A DNA stretch of 8,061 bases from Octopus sinensis (Eukaryota). A program made the position numbers and the translations under genes. The stretch is from the NCBI RefSeq assembly GCF_006345805.1, contig NW_021828577.1, positions 1 to 8,061 on the forward strand, in the 5' to 3' direction. Every line of letters starts with the position of its first letter. The first letter of the stretch is position 1. Shown piece after piece: positions 1-7,248 of this stretch. Below the pieces are notes generated by a model, which saw nothing but the letters and a program-made list of their open reading frames with translations, did not search any database and was not told where the DNA came from.

Positions 1-95
1 TCAGAGAAAGATACAGGTAACAATACAAATAGAGAAATAGATGAATAGTAGACAGATAGAGAGGAAGAAAGAGAAAGAGAGATAAAGAAAAATAG
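1..95. repeat. Purine-rich (GA) low-complexity tract
   Basis: Runs such as gatagagaggaagaaagagaaagagagataaagaaaa; strongly A/G-biased. Confidence 0.6.
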
Positions 96-406
96 GTGAA
101 TGAAGGGAGCCGTTTTGTAATGGCTGGAAGGGTGATACAAGGTGTTCCAAGTTGCAAATGAAATGTTTTCCTCGAAACATCGATTATTCGATAGGAAAGC
201 ATTGTGATCCGGCTTCAGTGCCTGATCTAACAATATCCGGTTAAGCAGGCAAGGGATTTAATTTAAGATCTTACTCAGGTGAACAGGTCGTTCGTTATAT
301 TCCGCCGTCGGTATATATACATAATTAGTTTTATTAAACAACAGTGAAGAAAGAGGAATTAGTTTTAATTAAAGAAATATATACTTAATTAGGTATTCCT
401 GACTCC

Positions 407-491
407 ATGTATGTATGTATGTATGTATGTATGTATGTATGTATGTGTGTGTGTATGTATGCATGTATGTATGTATGTGTGTATGTGTGTG

Positions 492-523
<32 letters not shown>

Positions 524-728
524 TGTATGTACGTATGTGTGTATGTATGTATGTATGCATGCATGCATGTATGTATGTATGTATGTGTGTATGTGTGTGT
601 ATATGTATGTATGTATGTGCGTGTGTATGTATGTATGTATGTATGTATGTATGTTGTACGTAGTCTGTATGTGTGTATATATATGTATGCATGTGAGTGT
701 GTATATGCATGTGTGTGTGTGCGTGTGT
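407..728. repeat. Compound (TATG)n/(TG)n microsatellite
   Basis: Directly visible; explains the MYVC/HTYI-type ORFs at 369-772. Confidence 0.95.
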
Positions 729-782
729 TTGTTTTAGTGCACTGTTATAATGAAAAGTTTACATTAACCTGAAGAGTTACTA

Positions 783-836
783 TACATACATACATACATA
801 CATACATACATACATACATACATACATACATACATA
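783..836. repeat. (TACA)n microsatellite, reverse complement of the 407-655 array
   Basis: Uninterrupted tacatacataca run. Confidence 0.95.
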
Positions 837-902
837 AATATATATATACATGCATATATTATATGCGTAAACACCTGCCCTTCTGCATGTATGTATGTAT
901 AA

Positions 903-1137
903 GGTAAAATATTCACCACTTAAAAGTGGATGTTGCGTTACAACGCACCAATACTGTGATATATGCCAAGAGCGAAAACCTCTCAAATGGTTATTTGGTG
1001 CATAGAGGCACATCATAGCTATCGCCAGCATCAGACAATCACCGCTACTTCTGTTGTCAAGACTACCAGAACACAAGATATCGGCCTCTTTTGGCCTTGC
1101 CAATGGTAAACCCCTAACCGCTGGTTAATATTTTACC
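903..1137. mobile_element. Candidate MITE with 16-bp terminal inverted repeats
   Basis: ggtaaaatattcacca (903-918) vs tggttaatattttacc (1122-1137): 15/16 inverted match. Internal hairpins ccact-taaa-agtgg (916-929) and tgcgtt-ac-aacgca. No clear TSD. Confidence 0.45.
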
Positions 1138-1219
1138 GTTTGGTATTAATGCTGCTTCGGTCTGTCTGTCTTTTCTCTCCCTCTCTCTTCCTTCTTTCTC
1201 TCTGTATATTATATATATA

Positions 1220-1350
1220 CAGGGTGTCCCCAAAAAATGTATACACACCTTAAATAATTGTAAATTTGTTATTCTTTGTAAGCCTTGTACTTATTCTATC
1301 GTTCTCTTTTGCCGAACCACTATGTGTATACATTTTTTTGGGACACCCTG
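1220..1350. mobile_element. Tc1/mariner-type MITE, 131 bp, 28-bp TIRs, TA target duplication
   Basis: cagggtgtccccaaaaaatgtatacaca (1220-1247) vs tgtgtatacatttttttgggacaccctg (1323-1350): 27/28 inverted. TA on both sides (1218-1219, 1351-1352). CAGGGTG termini plus TA target are typical of Tc1/mariner. Confidence 0.85.
1269..1322 (-). mobile_element. SINE-A fragment inside the MITE
   Basis: 50/54 identical to 5958-6011 of the full-length SINE-A in this window. Confidence 0.85.
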
Positions 1351-1410
1351 TATATACGTTTATGATTTGTGTTGCAAGACTCCTGATGTGAAATCGTGTG
1401 TTGAAACAGA

Positions 1411-1615
1411 ATATTGTTGTATTTCGGGACGGTCATTTTTTCCCCCCAATAAACACACGCACTCTATATTTGTTAGTCACTCGATTATTATTGTTCCGGA
1501 CAATGGACATAAGTTAAAATAAGAACAGTAATAAACGAGTGAAGAACAAATACACGGTGCGTGTGTTTATTTGGCCCACAAAAGGAAGAAAAGATCATCC
1601 GGAAATACACAATAT
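1411..1615. mobile_element. Degenerate foldback element / old MITE
   Basis: Imperfect inverted arms 1411-1496 and 1523-1615 with exact core aataaacacacgcac / gtgcgtgtgtttatt; 26-nt spacer. Confidence 0.75.
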
Positions 1616-1621
1616 ATAATA

Positions 1622-1626
<5 letters not shown>

Positions 1627-1702
<76 letters not shown>
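1627..1702. repeat. (TA)38 microsatellite
   Basis: Perfect TA run. Confidence 0.97.
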
Positions 1703-1703
<1 letters not shown>

Positions 1704-1771
1704 TTTGATATTTTGATAGGTTTCGGCCATTATTGGCCCAGGCCATGTCTAACTTAATAGCACCACCTGGT

Positions 1772-1827
1772 TTTTGCCGAACCGCTAAGTCACGGGGACA
1801 TGAAACCCACCAACACCGGCTGTCAAG
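1772..1827 (-). mobile_element. SINE-A internal fragment
   Basis: ttttgccgaaccgctaagtcacggggacatg...cggctgtcaag aligns with 4270-4324 and 5996-6050. Confidence 0.75.
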
Positions 1828-1892
1828 TATAGATAGATACAAGATAAGAAAATGGAGAAATACATCTAAACCCCTACCTCAATTTGGATGTG

Positions 1893-1930
1893 TATAATAT
1901 ATATATATATATATATATACATATACACAC

Positions 1931-1965
<35 letters not shown>

Positions 1966-1987
1966 CATACATACATATATATATATA

Positions 1988-2019
<32 letters not shown>
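1893..2019. repeat. Degenerate (TA)n/(CA)n/(TACA)n microsatellite
   Basis: Directly visible. Confidence 0.9.
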
Positions 2020-2387
2020 AACGGCAGGTTGTCTGTCTGCGTGTCTGTGTGTCTGTTAGGTTGTACCCTCACCCTGACCACGGCTTTCAACCGATTCTGA
2101 TGAAACTTGACACACACATAGCCCAATGACATAATTCAAAACTACGCAGCGAAAATTTTAAAAAGTTCCCCCAGTTCTGAAAAAATCGAAAAATTCGACA
2201 TGGGGTCGAGAATCAGAAACACAACCACAGACTGTCTAGGGACGCAACTCGACCTTTTTAACTCACAAAAAAATTTACCATAATTTTTTTTCCCATTTTT
2301 TTTCCTATTTTTTGGCTATAACTCTCTAAAAATGCTTTATAGTTATTTCCCTTACAAAACCCGAGCAACGCCGGGCGATACTGCTAG
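2005..2387 (+). mobile_element. Non-autonomous Helitron (about 380 bp; 5' boundary buried in the TA run)
   Basis: 3' GC-rich hairpin cccgagcaacgccggg (2360-2375), 8 nt, then CTAG (2384-2387) followed by T: the canonical Helitron 3' end. The 5' part has tatatataaa, a gtct microsatellite and accgattctgatgaaactt, resembling invertebrate non-autonomous Helitrons (from memory). The 5' TC is not visible. Confidence 0.75.
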
Positions 2388-2513
2388 TATATATATATAT
2401 ATAATATATATATATATATTTCAGTATATTTTTTTAAAAATTTTAACTTGCATTTAATTAAGTTCTTACCGTTTTTCTTCACAGATTTCATGGTTGTAAC
2501 CCCAACACCACCA

Positions 2514-2534
2514 CCCCTTCCCTTCCCCTTCCCC
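2514..2534 (-). other. Canonical G-quadruplex motif
   Basis: Minus strand reads GGGG-AA-GGGG-AA-GGG-AA-GGGG. Confidence 0.6.
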
Positions 2535-2697
2535 TGTAAGATTCTCCGTTGTTTCTCCCTGGCCCCTCGTTTATGCTTTTCTATCTTTGCCATTATAGGC
2601 AATAAAGAAATTCCCACTTATTACATACACGCACGCGCGCGTGTTTGTATGTACAGGTATACATTACACACACGCACGTACACACAGATATATATAT

Positions 2698-2913
2698 AAA
2701 AAGGAAATGAAGAAAATACTGACAAAATAATTTAAGTAAGGGAGAGTGTATTTAATTAGGTGAAATCTATCAGAAAGGAACTCTATCTCTCTTAAAAAAA
2801 TATCTTTTGATAAGCATAACAAATGCGCAACCGGTAAAAAGAACTTTCACCTAATTAAATACACTCTCCCTTACTTAAATTATTTGTCAGCATTTTCTTC
2901 ATTTCCTTTTTTT
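2698..2913. mobile_element. Young foldback element / MITE with ~68-bp inverted arms
   Basis: Arms 2698-2765 and 2845-2913 include a 41-bp perfect inverted core (2725-2765 / 2845-2885). Flanked by atat on both sides; 79-bp spacer. Confidence 0.85.
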
Positions 2914-2948
2914 ATATCCACAACTCGTATTCCACATCTCCTTTTTTA

Positions 2949-3086
2949 ATATATATATATATATAAATATATATATATATGCATAAACATACATGTATAT
3001 ACATATATATATATATTTATTATGTATAATATATATATTATATATATATGCATATACATACATGTATATACATATATATATTTTTT

Positions 3087-3124
<38 letters not shown>

Positions 3125-3184
3125 TTGTGTGTGTGAGTGTGTGTACTCATGTTTTGTGTGTGTATCTCTCTGTGTGTGTGTGTG
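2949..3184. repeat. Compound (TA)n then (TG)n low-complexity tract with an internal ~55-bp duplication
   Basis: atgcata(a/t)acatacatgtatatacatatatatat...ttatgtata occurs twice, about 70 bp apart. Confidence 0.85.
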
Positions 3185-3237
3185 ATTTAAGCATTTTTCG
3201 TCTTGTCAAAAGAGATGTAATTTTTTTCCTGTTTCGT

Positions 3238-3255
3238 GATTATGACGTCATAATC
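3238..3255. promoter_or_regulatory. Perfect 18-bp palindrome containing a full CRE (TGACGTCA)
   Basis: gattatgacgtcataatc equals its own reverse complement. ATGACGTCAT is the CREB/ATF bZIP consensus. Function not shown. Confidence 0.5.
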
Positions 3256-3325
3256 CGAGATTTCGCTTTCGATTATCTTCAGTCTCTTTCAACCTTCCAC
3301 GGTGATCAGAGGCCAGGAAATGAGT

Positions 3326-3338
3326 GCGCCAGGGGGCG
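3326..3338 (+). promoter_or_regulatory. CTCF-like motif
   Basis: gcgccagggggcg resembles the CTCF core CCACCAGGGGGCGC. Motif match only. Confidence 0.4.
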
Positions 3339-3518
3339 TACCCGGGCAGTTGAAGACTAGAGTGAAGTGAGAGTCATCATCTTCACCTTCTTTTCGGTGT
3401 TTGTGGGGACGTTTTATGCACCCTTAAGTTCTTAAACATCCAATGGTAACGTGCTGGTTGGTCGCATAACATAGTTACAAGGTGTACGGTAGTGTCACTG
3501 TAACCGTATGAACTTTTA

Positions 3519-3911
3519 TGTGGAGGCGCAATGGCCCAGTTGTTAGGGCAGCGGACTCGCGGTCGTAGGATCGCGGTTTCGATTCCCAGACCGGGCGTTG
3601 GGAGTGTTTATTGAGCGAAAACACCAAAAGCTCCACGAGGCTCCGGCAGGGGATGGTGGTGATCCCTGCTGTACTCTTTCACCACAACTTTCTCTCACTC
3701 TTACTTCCTGTTTCTGTTGTACCTGTATTTCAAAGGGCCGGCCTTGTCACTCTCTGTGTCACGCTGAATATCCCCGAGAACTACGTTAAGGGTACACGTG
3801 TCTGTGGAATGCTCATCCACTTACACGTTAATTTCACGAGCAGGCTGTTCCGTTGATTCGGATCAACCGGAACCCTCATCGTCGTAACCGACGGAGTGCT
3901 TCCATCCATCC
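3519..3911 (+). mobile_element. Full-length tRNA-derived SINE (SINE-C) with 11-bp TSD
   Basis: tRNA-like head from 3522 with A box tggcccagttgttag (3532-3546) and B box ggtttcgattccc (3575-3587); (TCCA)n tail at 3901-3911; atgaactttta duplicated at 3508-3518 and 3912-3922. Confidence 0.9.
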
Positions 3912-4140
3912 ATGAACTTTTAGCCAGGCGATTCCAGGACAGGAAACCTGGGGGGGGGGGCAACCAGAAGCATTCCTCGCTCTCCATTTATTTCCTCAGA
4001 ATAATTTATCTTCTGTGGCAGCCAAGAGAAACAACAACACCGGTCAATAACAGTCAGAACGAGGACCAAGAAATAACTGTCTCTTAACAGGCATTTCATG
4101 CGTCAACCGAATATAACTATAGACTTCCATCTTATGATAT

Positions 4141-4338
4141 TCTTTCACTTGCTTCAGCGAATTAGACTGCGGCCACGCTGGGGCACCGCCTTGAAGTTTT
4201 AGTCGAATGAATGAATGAATCGACGCCAGTACTTAATTTTTTAAGCTTGGTACTTATTCTTTCGGTCTCTTTTGCCGAACCGCTAAGACACGGGGATGTG
4301 AACACACCCACACCGGTTGTCAAGTGGTGATGGGGGGA

Positions 4339-4384
<46 letters not shown>
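4141..4384 (-). mobile_element. SINE-A 3' half ending in (CA)21
   Basis: Aligns with 5874-6108 (tcttt.acttg.ttcag, gcaccgcctt, tacttattct, ggtctcttttgccgaacc, ggttgtcaag, ggggacaaacac). Confidence 0.85.
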
Positions 4385-4385
<1 letters not shown>

Positions 4386-4387
<2 letters not shown>

Positions 4388-4487
4388 CTTTTTGGTGTCC
4401 TGTACACATATATGCGTGTATATGTACATGTAGAGGTAGGTACGTACATATATGTTTATATATATGCATATGTTCTATTTTATTAAC
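4386..4487 (+). repeat. 102-bp direct repeat, copy 1
   Basis: 101/102 identical to 5255-5356. Confidence 0.97.
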
Positions 4488-5254
4488 ATATTATACGACT
4501 AAACGCACGCACCCTATTAAGTAAGATTGTTCTGTTTATCAAGTTAGCCTTGATATTAACTCTCACGCGACTCTGCATCTTTCTTTCTTTCTATCCCATT
4601 CCCTTTTTCGTCTTTTTCCCTCACTTACTTGTCTCTTCCCCTCTCTCTCATTCTTCATTCTCTCTCTCCCCCTCACCATTCTTCATGGTCTCCTCGCACC
4701 ATTCCCCTTCTTCTCTCTCTTCCTCTTGCTCCTCCTCCCCATTCCCGTCGTCCATCTGCGACGATACTTCCGTCGTACTGCTATCCTGTCTTTTCTCGCC
4801 CGCCTTCTAAGGCTACTGGTCGACATCCCTTCTCTCTCGTCGTCCACTATAATCCAGCGTTTGCAATACTTTTTTCGTCTGGCGTAAACAGCCCTTCTTA
4901 TCTTGTTCTCCTTGTCCTGTCCTCACTGTTATATATTTATTTTTCCACTGTTTATATATATTTTTTTACTGTTTATATGTTGTACTGTCGTTACCGTCTT
5001 CTTTTTTTTTACCATTTTTTACCCCTCTGCGAAAAGATCTCAGATTTTTAATTGATTTGCTTTTCGCGAAGGAAGTTTCTTCGAAGATACGTCTCGCTTT
5101 TATCCTTCGAAACGTAGAGTAGATGAAACCTTAGCGACTGAAGAAGGGGATTTTTCGTTGTGCTTATTGTCCTGTATCCCTTTTTTTAAAAATTTTTTTG
5201 CTTGTCCTGTTCCTTGGTTTGTGTCTATGTTTTTCGTCTCTCTATGTGTTCGAC

Positions 5255-5356
5255 GTCTTTTTGGTGTCCTGTACACATATATGCGTGTATATGTACATGT
5301 AGAGGTAGGTACGTACATATATTTTTATATATATGCATATGTTCTATTTTATTAAC
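5255..5356 (+). repeat. 102-bp direct repeat, copy 2
   Basis: 101/102 identical to 4386-4487. Confidence 0.97.
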
Positions 5357-5403
5357 TATATATATATATATATACAAACACACACACACACACACACATA
5401 TAT

Positions 5404-5435
<32 letters not shown>

Positions 5436-5457
5436 TATATATATATATATATATATA
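5357..5457. repeat. (TA)n-(CA)n-(TA)n compound microsatellite
   Basis: Directly visible. Confidence 0.92.
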
Positions 5458-5720
5458 GGAGACCCCATCGGTCATGAATGACAATGGGATTGCACCTAGA
5501 AAGTGACCCTCCGAGGCACAAGTCCGGACAAGGTTGTTTGTGGAAGGCCAGCAGTTGCCCATGCATACCAGCCTCCTCTCTCCACACCACTGATGTTATC
5601 CAAGGGAAAGGCAAAGGGGCCAATACAGCTTGGCACTAGTGACGTCACAACTCATTTCTACAGCTGATTTAACTGGAGCAATGTGAAATAAAGCGTTTTG
5701 CTCAAGAACACAACACACAG
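5458..5720 (-). mobile_element. SINE-B body and tail with CORE-like central domain, lacking its own tRNA head
   Basis: Minus strand gtgttcttgagcaaaacgc...ttgctccagtt...cagctgtagaaatgag resembles the CORE-type SINE domain (from memory). Second partial copy at 7318-7385. Confidence 0.75.
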
Positions 5721-5860
5721 ACGAGCTTCTTTCAGTTTCCGTTTACCAAATCCACTCACAAGGCTTTAGTCGACCTGACGCTATAGTAGAAGATACTTGC
5801 CCAAAGTGCCACACAGCGGGACTGAACCCAAGCATCTTACCACACAGCCACTCCTGCGCC
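5721..5860 (-). mobile_element. SINE-A tRNA head with two small deletions, fused to SINE-B
   Basis: Aligns with 6333-6495 but lacks ggaaccatgtggttggt and agct; B box gggttcagtccc retained. Confidence 0.85.
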
Positions 5861-5862
5861 TA

Positions 5863-6087
5863 TACTCTTTTACTCTTTTACTCTTTTACTTGTTTCAGTC
5901 AATTGACCTCGGCCATGCTGGAGCACCGCCTTTAGTCGAGCAAATCGACCCCGGGACTTATTCTTTGTAAGCCCAGTACTTATTCTGTCGGTCTCTTTTG
6001 CCGAACCACTAAGTGACGGGGACGTAAACACACCAGCATCGGTTGTCAAGCAATGCTAGGGGGACAAACACAGACACACAAACACAT

Positions 6088-6119
<32 letters not shown>

Positions 6120-6495
6120 TGTGGTTGAAACCTTTTGGTTAACTGGTGCTAGAGTGAGCCATATAGTGACCACTCTCTTATATTTATTTTGTAAAAATAT
6201 TGTAATATATTATAAAATATTATAATAATCCAGGTTCTCGGAGCACTAGGCCACTTGGTGTTGAATAGATATATACTATTAATTAGTATCTAATTCTCTC
6301 ACCCTTATTAATTAATAATATATATACATATACGACAGGCTTCTTTCAGTTTCCGTCTACCAAATCCACTCACAAGGCATTGGTCGGCCGGAGGCTATGG
6401 CAGAAGACACTTGCCCAAGATGCCACGCAGTGGGACTGAACCCGGAACCATGTGGTTGGTAAGCAAGCTTCTTACCACACAGCCACTCCTGCGCC
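5863..6495 (-). mobile_element. Full-length SINE-A interrupted in its central microsatellite
   Basis: Head ggcgcaggagtggctgtgtggtaag on the minus strand (A box 6475-6485, B box 6432-6442); central CA/TA microsatellite; (TACTCTTT)n tail at 5863-5890. Confidence 0.9.
6120..6316. mobile_element. Unclassified ~197-bp insertion nested in the SINE-A microsatellite
   Basis: Non-SINE sequence between the TA run of the SINE-A body and the tatatatacatatacgac start of its head; begins TGTGG. Confidence 0.5.
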
Positions 6496-6496
6496 T

Positions 6497-6960
6497 ATGG
6501 TGAGTATTTTAATAAAAATTTAGTTCGTTGTTTTCAAAATGTCTGGGCTTTGAGCATCGTTTCAAGTTACTTCTATAATAAAGCGACACATATTCTTCAT
6601 TCAATGAACATGGTGTAAGTATTTTAATAAAAGGTAAAGTGTTGCTATTAAACCGTTTGAGCATTTCAAATAAATTTTTCTAATAAAGCAACATTTATTT
6701 TTCGTTCGATGTTATATGTACCGCGTAAACATGGCGGCTATTTTAATAAAGAATGCTTGTTGCTTAGAATGTCCGTGCATTTAAAATTACTTCTATAATA
6801 TTGCAACACTCTTCATTCGATGTTCGATACTCTGCAAGAGCAGGGTGAATATTTTAATAAGAAAATAAGTTTTGCTATTAAAATGTATGAGGAGCATTTT
6901 TTTTCAAGATATTTCGATACTAAAATATTTATTCTACGTTCGATGTTCGATATACGGCAT
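6497..6960. repeat. Degenerate minisatellite, four ~115-bp units
   Basis: Anchor tattttaataa at 6505, 6620, 6739 and 6850 (spacing 115, 119, 111); shared g(a/t)gcat and ttc(a/g)ttc(a/g)atg motifs. Confidence 0.8.
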
Positions 6961-7024
6961 ATATCACTATCGCCGCAAACACATCAGTGCATACACATTC
7001 GGTTGCAAGTGTATGATGTCTGGA

Positions 7025-7028
<4 letters not shown>

Positions 7029-7072
<44 letters not shown>
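7029..7072. repeat. (TG)22 microsatellite
   Basis: Perfect run. Confidence 0.97.
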
Positions 7073-7074
<2 letters not shown>

Positions 7075-7132
7075 TATGTAGCAGTGTGTATCTGTTGATC
7101 TCCATCACTCATTCTCTCTCTCCCTTTTTACT

Positions 7133-7153
7133 TATCTATCTATCTATCTATCG

Positions 7154-7226
<73 letters not shown>

Positions 7227-7248
7227 GTCGTCTATCTACCTACTATCT

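Larger units (their letters stand above)
4386..5356 (+). mobile_element. Non-coding element with 102-bp terminal direct repeats; probable non-autonomous Penelope-like (pseudo-LTR) or retrozyme-like element
   Basis: Direct repeats 869 bp apart, pyrimidine-rich interior with no credible ORF, and CTGAAGA / CGAAACGT hammerhead-core motifs near the 3' end. Class assignment is inference. Confidence 0.55.

Noticed and set aside
100-400. Unique stretch with taatta and aacaat motifs and small stems (atcga-ttat-tcgat, tgcctg/caggca)
   Set aside because: Short motifs are expected by chance in AT-rich DNA; conservation data would be needed.
369-1103. ORFs of 82-121 aa (MYVC.../HTYI...)
   Set aside because: Translations of TATG/TACA microsatellites; no domain content.
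2470-2541. Possible 51-bp plus-strand exon (tttttcttcacag ... ct|gtaaga) or 64-bp minus-strand exon
   Set aside because: Splice-like motifs only; weak donor or missing polypyrimidine tract; no recognisable peptide or partner exons.
3361-3432. Hydrophobic peptide after the TAG at 3358-3360 (stop readthrough or small membrane protein)
   Set aside because: No start codon or splice support; the upstream ORF starts in microsatellite DNA.
3522-3597. Possible genuine tRNA gene
   Set aside because: Has A and B boxes, but the acceptor stem does not pair well and it continues into a SINE body with tail and TSD.
3923-4130. Possible exon (PRETTTPVNNSQNEDQEITVS*) and G11 run
   Set aside because: No homology evidence; the acceptor is plausible but common by chance. 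A single G run is not a four-tract G4 motif.
4629-5051. Longest ORF (140 aa), including PFSLVVHYNP, faintly like the PLVxTYxP stretch of Penelope polyproteins
   Set aside because: S/L/P/F composition comes from a pyrimidine tract; no RT or GIY-YIG motifs; the resemblance is too short to count.
4385-5357. TRIM / LTR retrotransposon interpretation
   Set aside because: TG...CA is present only around copy 1; no PBS, PPT or 4-6-bp TSD is seen.
5639-5648. Second CRE (gtgacgtcac)
   Set aside because: Lies inside a high-copy SINE body; no locus-specific evidence of function.
6497-6960. CRISPR-like repeat-spacer array
   Set aside because: Eukaryotic context, similarity extends through whole units, the anchor is only 11 bp, and there are no cas genes.
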